A stretch of DNA of 59,012 nt from the NCBI GenBank assembly GCA_904420435.1, contig CAJFVK010000001.1:1-59012 (forward strand), written 5' to 3'. Under the pieces are notes generated by a model. That model saw only the letters and a list, made by a program, of their open reading frames with translations, did no database searches and was not told where the DNA came from. Below, piece by piece: positions 38,541-45,602 of this stretch. The stretch comes from an uncultured Oscillospiraceae bacterium. GTDB taxonomy: Bacteria; Bacillota; Clostridia; Oscillospirales; Oscillospiraceae. A program made the translations under genes and the position numbers. Numbering within the stretch: position 1 is the stretch's first letter; each line of letters starts with the position of its first letter.

Positions 38541-38569
38541 TTGACAAATGGGCGGCAATATGGTAATCT
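38541..38569 (+). promoter_or_regulatory. Promoter of the tRNA pair
   Basis: TTGACA (38541-38546), 17 nt, TAATCT (38564-38569), with TG at -15/-14. Confidence 0.6.
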
Positions 38570-38586
38570 ATTTATTGCCGATATCT

Positions 38587-38673
38587 GCCGGTGTGGTGGA
38601 ATTGGTAGACACAAGGGACTTAAAATCCCTCGGTAGCGATACCGTACCGGTTCGAGCCCGGTCACCGGCACCA
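38587..38673 (+). tRNA. tRNA-Leu (anticodon UAA), class II long variable arm, CCA encoded
   Basis: The acceptor GCCGGTG pairs with CACCGGC. The anticodon loop is CT-TAA-AA within AGGGA/TCCCT, the variable arm is CGGTAGCGATACCGT, and the T-arm is ACCGG-TTCGAGC-CCGGT. Confidence 0.93.
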
Positions 38674-38696
38674 TGGGATTTTAAGAAACCACATAT

Positions 38697-38772
38697 CGCG
38701 GCGTAGAGCAGTTGGTAGCTTGTCGGGCTCATAACCCGGAGGTCGCAGGTTCGAGTCCTGCCGCCGCAACCA
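38697..38772 (+). tRNA. Initiator tRNA-Met (anticodon CAU), CCA encoded
   Basis: The acceptor CGCGGCG/CGCCGCA gives a C1:A72 mismatch. The anticodon stem has three consecutive G:C pairs (GGG/CCC) flanking CT-CAT-AA. Both are bacterial initiator hallmarks. Confidence 0.88.
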
Positions 38773-38808
38773 AAAAGAAAGACACGCTTTTAGCGTGTCT
38801 TTCTTTTT
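38773..38808 (+). terminator. Terminator after the tRNA pair
   Basis: AAAAAGAAAGACACGC-TTTTA-GCGTGTCTTTCTTTTT. Confidence 0.85.
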
Positions 38809-39008
38809 GGGTTCCGCCGCCCAAAGGGCGGCTCCACCCTTCGGCATTTCAATGCTCGGGGTCGGCAGAGCCGCCCCTGCGCCAAGGTTTTCACCTGGGG
38901 CGAAACGCTTGTGCGGCGCGAACGCACCGCGGCCCAGAAGGGCAGTGGTTGTCTTTCCGCCGCAGGGCGGCGTTCTGCAGGTCTGCATAGGGGAATGGCA
39001 GCATAGGA

Positions 39009-39037
39009 AAGGCCCCCCGGATTTCCGGGGGGGCCTT
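39009..39037 (-). terminator. Hairpin downstream of the SLH protein gene
   Basis: AAGGCCCCCCGG-ATTTC-CGGGGGGGCCTT lies about 47 nt after the stop at 39084. Confidence 0.5.
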
Positions 39038-39083
39038 GGGGTGCGATGTTTACATGAGCAGTCGCACAATATATTTTTTCCGA

Positions 39084-40328
39084 TCAGGAGTTTGTCAGGG
39101 TCACAGTGACAGACTCGATGTCATCAGAGATCGTGCCGCCAATTTCAAACTGAACTGTGTAGGTAGTGCTGTTGACTCTGGTAACCGTAGCAGAACCGTC
39201 TACAGTCAGACCATCCACACTGGCACTGTTGTAAGTCCCGCTGAAGCCGGCGTCGCGGGTGAGTGTGAAGGTGATGGTATCACCAACGTTCACATACTCC
39301 TTGTCAGCCACAATGCGGTCAACACCATCGTTGCCCTTGACGACTTCTTCAATCAGGTAGATCGGAGTAACATTTATCGTCACATCGGTATAAGTGGTGT
39401 AGCCTCTGCTGAAAGTCCAGACGGAGCCGTCGCTGCTGACGCTGGTGTAACCCTGATCCTCCAGCCACTCGCCAATCACGTCAGAATCCACAGCATCCGT
39501 ATCACCGTAGACATCCAGGTCGACAGGATCCTCACTGGTCACGGTGCCGCCGAATCCGATGATCTCGTACTCGCCATCGGCAGGCTCATCATCGCCGCCG
39601 GCATCCACCGCGTCACCCATGGAGGTGACCGCCACGAACACGATCTCGCCGTCCTCTACCTTGGAGGCGTTGGAGCCAGAGGTGACAACAGTGGTGCCGT
39701 CGGGAGTGGTGACCACGGTACCGGCGGTGGCGTACTCAACCATGGTGGCCTCCAGGGTGTTCAGGCACATCTGGGCGGCGACCTCACGGGTGACCTCGTC
39801 GCTCAGGGCTACGCCGTCCACGTCGATGCCGGCGGTGACAGCGTCCTTGGCGACCTCGATGGTCCAGCCGGTGCCGGTGTAGCCCTCCCGGGCGGAGTCG
39901 TAGCCCAGGGCCACCAGCAGCATCTTGGCGAAAGCGTGGCCGGTCAGCTCGCCGGTGGGGTCAAAGGTACCGTCGCCGTTGCCGGAGATGATGCCGGTCT
40001 GGACGCAGTACTCAATGAAGGGGGCAGACCAGCGGCTGGCGCTCACATCGGTGAAGCTGCTGGAGCTGGTGCCCAGCTGGTCGGCGCCGCTGCCCAGGAG
40101 CATGGTGCAGATCAGCTTGGCGGCCTCCTCGCGGGTGAGGGTGCCTTCCGGCTGGAAGGAGCCGTCTTCATAGCCATTGATCACGCCGAAGGCGCTCATG
40201 ACATCCACGGCTTCCTTGTAACTGATATCGCCGTCATCGGTGAAATCAGTCGCGTTTGCGACGGTGACAAGGCTCAGGGACATGACCAGAGCCAGCGCCA
40301 TCGCGAGGATCTTTTTGAGATTCCTCAT
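39084..40328 (-). CDS. SLH-domain cell-surface protein (414 aa)
   Basis: ATG at 40328 follows GAGGAGG. The signal peptide is MRNLKKILAMALALVMSLSLVTVANA. It has SLH repeats (FTDDGDISYKEAVDVMSAFGVINGY, FTDVSASRWSAPFIEYCVQTGIISGN) and a Thr/Val/Asp-rich C-terminal part. Confidence 0.88.
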   Translation of the reverse strand: MRNLKKILAMALALVMSLSLVTVANATDFTDDGDISYKEAVDVMSAFGVINGYEDGSFQPEGTLTREEAAKLICTMLLGSGADQLGTSSSSFTDVSASRWSAPFIEYCVQTGIISGNGDGTFDPTGELTGHAFAKMLLVALGYDSAREGYTGTGWTIEVAKDAVTAGIDVDGVALSDEVTREVAAQMCLNTLEATMVEYATAGTVVTTPDGTTVVTSGSNASKVEDGEIVFVAVTSMGDAVDAGGDDEPADGEYEIIGFGGTVTSEDPVDLDVYGDTDAVDSDVIGEWLEDQGYTSVSSDGSVWTFSRGYTTYTDVTINVTPIYLIEEVVKGNDGVDRIVADKEYVNVGDTITFTLTRDAGFSGTYNSASVDGLTVDGSATVTRVNSTTYTVQFEIGGTISDDIESVTVTLTNS

Positions 40329-40511
40329 GGTGGATTTCCTCCTCTTCAATTTTGCGATAAAGTTCGACAAATTCTCCAAAAGTTCCGTTTTCATCGCTTT
40401 TCACGCCGGAAAAGTGAAACCTAAGGAGGGCATTATCCCCTCTTAGGTTTTGGGGTATAGATAACGAAACGCAAGTGATATCAAAAGAAATCCGCCCTAA
40501 AAGGTCACGCC

Positions 40512-40614
40512 GGGTAGCCATTCCGGTAGCCAATGGGCGGTTTTTCGACGGCATCAGCGCCCGCAAATCCTTGTGCCCCAAGGCTTTGACCTGGGTAGCC
40601 ATTGGGTAGCCACG
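40512..40614. repeat. Four copies of GGTAGCCA arranged as two tandem pairs upstream of the SLH gene
   Basis: GGGTAGCCATT at 40512, CGGTAGCCAAT at 40525, GGGTAGCCATT at 40593, GGGTAGCCACG at 40604. These lie 185-290 nt upstream of the 40328 start, on the non-coding side. Confidence 0.6.
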
Positions 40615-40784
40615 GGGGTTTTCGCCATTTTTTAGTTTTCCAGAATTTTCTAGCACGGGGGCGCAGGAAGGGGAAAGCGGGCGCTCTTTTCGTCCAGAGG
40701 GCCGGCGGAAATTTTTCTCCCGGCAGGTTTAGAAGGGGGATTCCCGGGCATATACTTGGGTATCCTGCCAATGGAGGGATTTCT

Positions 40785-41315
40785 ATGTCCAAGACGCTGC
40801 GCCGCTGGGAGCTGGCCGCCTTTCTGGTGACGGCCGCAGCCGGCGCCCTGCTGCATTTTACCTACGCCTGGAGCGGCGAGAACCGGATCGTCGCCGCCTT
40901 TTCCGCAGTCAACGAGTCCACTTGGGAGCACATGAAGCTCCTGTTTGTGCCCCTGTTTCTCACCACCCTGGTGGAGATGGCCTTTCTGGCCGACCGGTTC
41001 CGGGGGTTTTTGGCGGTGAAGCTGGTCAGCACCCTGGCGGGGCTCCTGGCGATCCCGGTCCTGTTCTACACTTACACCGGCGTCTGGGGCCGGGACAGCG
41101 ACATTGTCAACATCGCGATTTTCTATCTGGCGGAGATCCTGGCCTTTCTCCTCAGCGTCCGCCTTCTGGAGCGGGGGCGGCTGCTGGGCGGGGCCTTGCA
41201 GATCGGCGCCCTGCTGGGGCTGTGGGCCCTGGCGTTCCTGTTCGTCTACTTCACCTTCCAGCCGCCCCACATCGCCCTGTTCCAGGATCCGGTCACCGGG
41301 CTCTACGGCATCTAG
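40785..41315 (+). CDS. Hypothetical polytopic membrane protein (176 aa)
   Basis: ATG at 40785 follows GGAGGG. It has five hydrophobic segments and the block NESTWEHMKLLFVP. I think it resembles a DUF-type family but cannot verify this. Confidence 0.7.
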   Translation: MSKTLRRWELAAFLVTAAAGALLHFTYAWSGENRIVAAFSAVNESTWEHMKLLFVPLFLTTLVEMAFLADRFRGFLAVKLVSTLAGLLAIPVLFYTYTGVWGRDSDIVNIAIFYLAEILAFLLSVRLLERGRLLGGALQIGALLGLWALAFLFVYFTFQPPHIALFQDPVTGLYGI

Positions 41316-41330
41316 CGGCCGGCTGGGCGC

Positions 41331-41365
41331 AAAAAAAGCAGGCAGAGCCCCAAAGCTCTGCCTGC
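41331..41365 (-). terminator. Terminator after spoVT
   Basis: On the minus strand: GCAGGCAGAGC-UUUGGG-GCUCUGCCUGC, then UUUUUUU. Confidence 0.8.
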
Positions 41366-41378
41366 CGCCTCAGGGCAG

Positions 41379-41918
41379 TCAGCCCTCCATGTGCTTTCCC
41401 AGGAACGCGGCGATGGTCTGGGCCAGCTTGTACTCGGTTTCGCCGGTGGTCTTCTCCCCGTCGGTGATAAACAGGACCAGGCCCAGCACGTCCCCCTCGG
41501 CGATGATGGGCGCCGCCACCGAGGCGCAGAACCGATCGCCGGTGTCGGTGACAAAGACGCACCGCTCCCCGTCCTTCTGCTGGTAGATTTTCCGCTCCTC
41601 CATGATCTGCTCCAGCTCGCTGCTCAGGCGCTTGCCCAGCAGCTCCCGCTTTCCCCCGCCGGCCACGGCGATGACGGAGTCCCGGTCGGTCACCGCGGCG
41701 GGCACGCCGGCGCTCTTGCTCAGGGTTTCACAGAACTGGGCGGCAAAGTCGTCCAGCCCGCCCAGCAGGGAATACTTTTTGAAAATCACCTCGCCGTCCC
41801 GGCTGGTGTAAATTTCCAGGGGATCGCCCTCCCGGATCCGCATGGTCCGGCGGATCTCCTTGGGGATGACCACCCGCCCCAGATCGTCGATACGGCGTAC
41901 AATTCCGGTTGCTTTCAT
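41379..41918 (-). CDS. spoVT: Stage V sporulation protein T (AbrB-family regulator with GAF-like C-domain)
   Basis: ATG at 41918 follows CAGGAGGAAAAAGGA. The sequence MKATGIVRRIDDLGRVVIPKEIRRTMRIREGDPLEI is the SpoVT/AbrB swapped-hairpin domain. The 179-aa length fits SpoVT. Confidence 0.9.
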   Translation of the reverse strand: MKATGIVRRIDDLGRVVIPKEIRRTMRIREGDPLEIYTSRDGEVIFKKYSLLGGLDDFAAQFCETLSKSAGVPAAVTDRDSVIAVAGGGKRELLGKRLSSELEQIMEERKIYQQKDGERCVFVTDTGDRFCASVAAPIIAEGDVLGLVLFITDGEKTTGETEYKLAQTIAAFLGKHMEG

Positions 41919-42004
41919 TCCTTTTTCCTCCTGCGCTCTCCGCGGCGGCCCCGGGGGGAGCGGGAAGCTCCCCGCCGCCGTTTCTGATTTTTCTAAGACG
42001 GCCA

Positions 42005-42033
42005 TAGTATCCGCAGGATTTGGCACCGTATGC
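42005..42033 (-). promoter_or_regulatory. Forespore sigma (sigma-G/F-like) promoter candidate for spoVT
   Basis: On the minus strand: GCATA (42033-42029), 18 nt, ATACTA (42010-42005). Compare the sigma-G consensus GHATR-N17/18-CATNNTA. Confidence 0.4.
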
Positions 42034-42142
42034 AAAAACCGGGCTGGGTTTGTCTGGAAGGAGTCGCGGCGATGGCGGAAAAAACCGGCCGCATCCCGGG
42101 CGTTTTCCCGCTGTATCATGGATTTTTCCAACGTTTTCAATC

Positions 42143-42188
42143 AAAAAGACGCACATGGCGGGACGGCTTTTGCCGTCCCGCCATGTGC
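42143..42188 (-). terminator. Terminator after eda
   Basis: 17-bp stem GCACATGGCGGGACGGC-TTTT-GCCGTCCCGCCATGTGC, with T-runs on both sides. Confidence 0.8.
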
Positions 42189-42238
42189 TTTCCCACGCCC
42201 GCCGCCCGGGAGCGGGGCGGCGGAGGGGCAGTCGATTT

Positions 42239-43195
42239 TTACCGCTGGACCAGGTGCACCGCGAAGCCGCCGAACTCCTGCTCCAGATAGGCCACCGTCA
42301 TCCGGCCGCCCTTGTACTTCACAGACTCCGGCCTGATGGTGAAGCCCTTCGCCGCCAGATAGGCCACCGCCCGGTCCACGCTGTTGGTGCGGATGCCGAT
42401 GTGCCCGCTCCGGCCATAGAACATGCTCTTCATCACCTCAATGGCATCAGTGGAGAAGATGGAGCTGTTGCCCACCTTGGCCGGGAAGAAAAAGGCGTTT
42501 CCGAACTGCTCCGCCACATCCTGGGCGGCGCCGGCGTCGGCGGTGTTGATGCCCAGGTGGGCCACCTCAAAGCCGAAGACCGCCTGCCGGGCCTGGGCGC
42601 ACAGGGCGGTGATCCGGTCGTAATTGCCGGCGCTGATGTCCTCTTTGCTGCACAGCCAGCTGCCGCCCACGGCGAAGATAAAGGGCGCGGCGATGTACTC
42701 CCCCAGGTTCTGGGCGTTGACGCCGCCGGTGGGGATGAATTTGACCGAGCCGAAGGGGCCGGACAGGGCCTTCATGGCCCCCAGGCCGCCGTAGACGCTG
42801 GCGGGGAAGAACTTGAGCACCTGGAGGCCCAGCTTCATGGCGGCCATGATCTCCGAGGGGGTCACGCAGCCGGGCACCACCGGCACCTGGTGCTCCACGC
42901 ACCAGGACGCCACCTCCCCGTCAAAACCGGGGGTCACAATGAACTTGGCTCCCAGCTCCACCGCCTGCCTGCACTGGTCCAGGGTGATGACGGTGCCGGC
43001 GCCCACCAGCATCTCCGGGCACTGCTCGGCGATGATGCGGATGGCCTCCGGCGCGGCCTGGGTGCGGAACGTGATCTCCATCACATCAACGCCGCCGGCC
43101 AGCATGGCTCTCGCGGTGGGCAGCGCGTGGGACGCGTCCTCAATCACCACCACCGGCGCAATGCCGGCCTGCCCGATTCTCTGCAAAACATCCAT
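42239..43195 (-). CDS. eda: KDPG/KHG aldolase (Eda) fused to a C-terminal VOC/glyoxalase-like domain
   Basis: 318 aa. Residues 1 to about 205 are Eda-like (VVVIED, EITFRT, GAGTV, KFFPA). Residues about 210-318 (FEVAHLGIN...GHIGIRT...GGFAVHLVQ) look like a VOC beta-alpha-beta-beta-beta module. Confidence 0.85.
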   Translation of the reverse strand: MDVLQRIGQAGIAPVVVIEDASHALPTARAMLAGGVDVMEITFRTQAAPEAIRIIAEQCPEMLVGAGTVITLDQCRQAVELGAKFIVTPGFDGEVASWCVEHQVPVVPGCVTPSEIMAAMKLGLQVLKFFPASVYGGLGAMKALSGPFGSVKFIPTGGVNAQNLGEYIAAPFIFAVGGSWLCSKEDISAGNYDRITALCAQARQAVFGFEVAHLGINTADAGAAQDVAEQFGNAFFFPAKVGNSSIFSTDAIEVMKSMFYGRSGHIGIRTNSVDRAVAYLAAKGFTIRPESVKYKGGRMTVAYLEQEFGGFAVHLVQR

Positions 43196-43457
43196 AAAAC
43201 TACCTCCCTATCCTTTCGCACACAGGCGTGATCTTCGTCTGATCCATCAGCCTTGCCCCTATCATACCAGCAGGGGCGGGGCGCCGTCAACCGAAACCCG
43301 GACAAAATTCCCGGCGGAAGGCCCCTGAAAATCCGGCGCCCTCCGCCGGGCCTCTTGCCAGAGCGGGGGCTGCATGGTAGAATGGGGCAGAGCGCCGGCG
43401 GGCGGGAATCCGCGCCGCCGGCCGGAAAGATCCGCCGGATCCGGCGGAGGGAAGGAA

Positions 43458-44021
43458 GTGGCAATATTGGAGCTGTGGATACAGGCGGAGGGCGCGGTCC
43501 TGCTCTGGATTCAGGAGAATCTCCGCTTCGACCTGCTGACGCCCCTGGTGCGCTTCATCACCTTTCTGGGCAACGGCGGCTGGTTCTGGATCGTCCTGGC
43601 CCTGCTGCTGTGCGGCTTTCGCCGGACCCGCCGGGCGGGGCTGGCCGCCGGAGCGGCCCTGCTGCTGAGCCTGCTGGTGAACAACCTGCTGCTCAAGAAC
43701 CTGGTGGCCCGGGTCAGACCCTATGAGGTGATCCAGGGGCTGCGGATTTTGATTCCCCCGCCCCAGGACTTCTCCTTCCCCTCGGGCCACGCCGGGGCCT
43801 CCTTCGCCGCGGCGGCGGCCATGTACCCCTATCTGAGACGTCCCTACGGCAGGGGGCTTCTGATCCTGGCGGGGCTCATCGCCCTGTCCCGGCTGTACCT
43901 GGGAGTTCACTACCCCACGGACGTGCTGGCGGGGGCGCTGATCGGCACCCTGCTGGGGGTGGCGGCGGCCCGGCTGATCGGGCGGCTGCGGGGCCGGTTC
44001 CTGGACCGGCTGCCGGATTGA
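43458..44021 (+). CDS. PAP2-family phosphatase (undecaprenyl-diphosphatase/BcrC-like)
   Basis: GTG at 43458 follows GGAGGGAAGGAA. Motifs present: KNLVARVRP, PSGH, SRLYLGVHYPTD. Confidence 0.85.
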   Translation: MAILELWIQAEGAVLLWIQENLRFDLLTPLVRFITFLGNGGWFWIVLALLLCGFRRTRRAGLAAGAALLLSLLVNNLLLKNLVARVRPYEVIQGLRILIPPPQDFSFPSGHAGASFAAAAAMYPYLRRPYGRGLLILAGLIALSRLYLGVHYPTDVLAGALIGTLLGVAAARLIGRLRGRFLDRLPD

Positions 44022-44067
44022 AAACCCATTGCCGCGGCAGGGAGTCCTGCCGCCAAAGGAGGACGCT

Positions 44068-44652
44068 ATGACAGAGCTGGAAAAAATGGCCGGCGGCCAG
44101 ATCTACGACGCGGCGGGGAGCCGGGAGCTCCTGGAGCTGCGGGACCGGTGCAAGGATCTCTGCCACCGGTTCAACCAGCTCCTCCCCTCCCAGCACCGGG
44201 AGCAGGAGGAGCTGCTGCGGCAGATCTTCGCTTCCGCCGGGGAGAGTCCCGTGGTCACCGCACCCTTCTGGTGCGACTACGGCTTCCACATCACCGTGGG
44301 GGACAACTTTTATGCCAACCACAACTGCGTGATCCTGGACACGGCTCCGGTGACCTTCGGCCATAACGTGATGATCGGGCCCAACTGCTGCTTCGCCGCG
44401 GCGGCCCACCCCCTGGACCTCCGCCGCCGGCGGGCGGGGCTGGAGTTCTCCCGGCCCATTGCGGTGGGGGACGACGTATGGTTCGGGGCAAACGTCACCG
44501 TCCTCCCCGGGGTCACCATCGGTGCGGGCAGCGTCATCGGCGCGGGCAGCGTGGTGAGCCGGGATATCCCCGCCGGCGTCATTGCCGTGGGGACCCCCTG
44601 CCGGCCGGTGCGTCCCATCCCGGCGGAGGAGGAGCAGGAGGCGCTCCGGTAG
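44068..44652 (+). CDS. maa: Sugar O-acetyltransferase (maltose/galactoside acetyltransferase family)
   Basis: ATG at 44068 follows AAAGGAGG. It has an Mac-type N-terminal domain and left-handed beta-helix hexapeptide repeats (VWFGANVTVLPGVTIGAGSVIGAGSVV). Confidence 0.88.
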   Translation: MTELEKMAGGQIYDAAGSRELLELRDRCKDLCHRFNQLLPSQHREQEELLRQIFASAGESPVVTAPFWCDYGFHITVGDNFYANHNCVILDTAPVTFGHNVMIGPNCCFAAAAHPLDLRRRRAGLEFSRPIAVGDDVWFGANVTVLPGVTIGAGSVIGAGSVVSRDIPAGVIAVGTPCRPVRPIPAEEEQEALR

Positions 44653-44794
44653 CTTCCGGCGCAGAAAGCCGGCAATAAAAAGGAGATGGCTGTATAAAAT
44701 CCCCCGTCCCTGTCCACACTACGCCTGAGAGGAAGTTTTGGATGCTCCTCAATACGGCGGGCCGCATGCCGGAAAAGCGGCGGAGGCATGAATC

Positions 44795-45517
44795 ATGGAA
44801 CGAGGGAAACGACAGGCTTGGTCCTCCTTCTTCGGCAGCACGGGCTTCTACATAGCCCTGCTGCTATGTGTAGTTGTCGCCGGAATTGCGGGACTGTTCG
44901 CCCTTTTGAATCGGGACGGTGAGGAGGAAACCACTCCCCCGGCGGTGGAAGCCAACCAGCCGGACACCGCGGTGACAGCGCCGCCGGTGGAGGTCAGCGG
45001 CGTGGAGGAGGAGATTCCCGCCCAGGGGGAGCCGGACCCGGCGCCGGCGGTGACGGTCACCATGCCGGAGACCCAGGAGGAAACGGAGACCGCGGCGCCG
45101 GAGGAGCCGGTGGCGGTGGTGTCCCCTCTGGCCGGGGAGACGGTGACGGTGTTCTCGGTGGAGGAGCTCCAGTATAACGCCACCACTGACGACTGGCGCA
45201 TCCACGACGGGGTGGACATCGCCGCGTCGGCGGGCACGCCGGTGGTGGCCGCCAGCGCCGGCACGGTGGTGGCGGTGGAGCGGGACGGCTCCATGGGCAC
45301 CACTGTGGTGATCGGACACGCCGGCGGCTATGAAACCACCTACGCCAGCCTCCAGGAGGAGCTCCAGGTGGAGGTGGGGGACACGGTGTCCGCCGGGGAG
45401 CAGATCGGCACCGTGGGGAACACCTCCCTGAGCGAGTCTGCCCTGGGGGCCCACCTCCACTTCTCCGTCCGCCAGGACGGGGAGACGGTGGACCCGGAGG
45501 AGTTCCTGGGCAGCTGA
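44795..45517 (+). CDS. M23-family (LytM) metallopeptidase with N-terminal TM anchor
   Basis: 240 aa. It has one TM segment, an acidic/Pro-rich linker, and the catalytic motifs HDGVD and HLHF. A SpoIIQ-like role is possible but not supported further. Confidence 0.85.
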   Translation: MERGKRQAWSSFFGSTGFYIALLLCVVVAGIAGLFALLNRDGEEETTPPAVEANQPDTAVTAPPVEVSGVEEEIPAQGEPDPAPAVTVTMPETQEETETAAPEEPVAVVSPLAGETVTVFSVEELQYNATTDDWRIHDGVDIAASAGTPVVAASAGTVVAVERDGSMGTTVVIGHAGGYETTYASLQEELQVEVGDTVSAGEQIGTVGNTSLSESALGAHLHFSVRQDGETVDPEEFLGS

Positions 45518-45537
45518 AAGGATCAAAGCGAAAAGAG

Positions 45538-45568
45538 GACCGGGCGGAGCCAGCGGCTCCGCCCGGTC
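45538..45568. terminator. Bidirectional hairpin between the M23 peptidase gene and the SLH gene
   Basis: GACCGGGCGGAGCC-AGC-GGCTCCGCCCGGTC. Confidence 0.7.
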
Positions 45569-45602
45569 GTTGTTCTGCGCTCTGTTTCCGCTCCGGCGGC
45601 GG

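Noticed and set aside
40329-40680. c-di-GMP (GEMM-I) riboswitch upstream of the SLH gene.
   Set aside because: CAAAGCC and GGGGCAC-like strings are present, but in the wrong order and context relative to the GEMM-I consensus. No two-hairpin architecture with a tetraloop/receptor is seen.
40246-40792. ORFs 40246-40656(-) and 40505-40792(-) spanning the GGTAGCCA repeats.
   Set aside because: They have no SD. Their apparent periodic GYP/MAT peptide pattern is a by-product of the DNA repeats, and they overlap the SLH gene start and leader.
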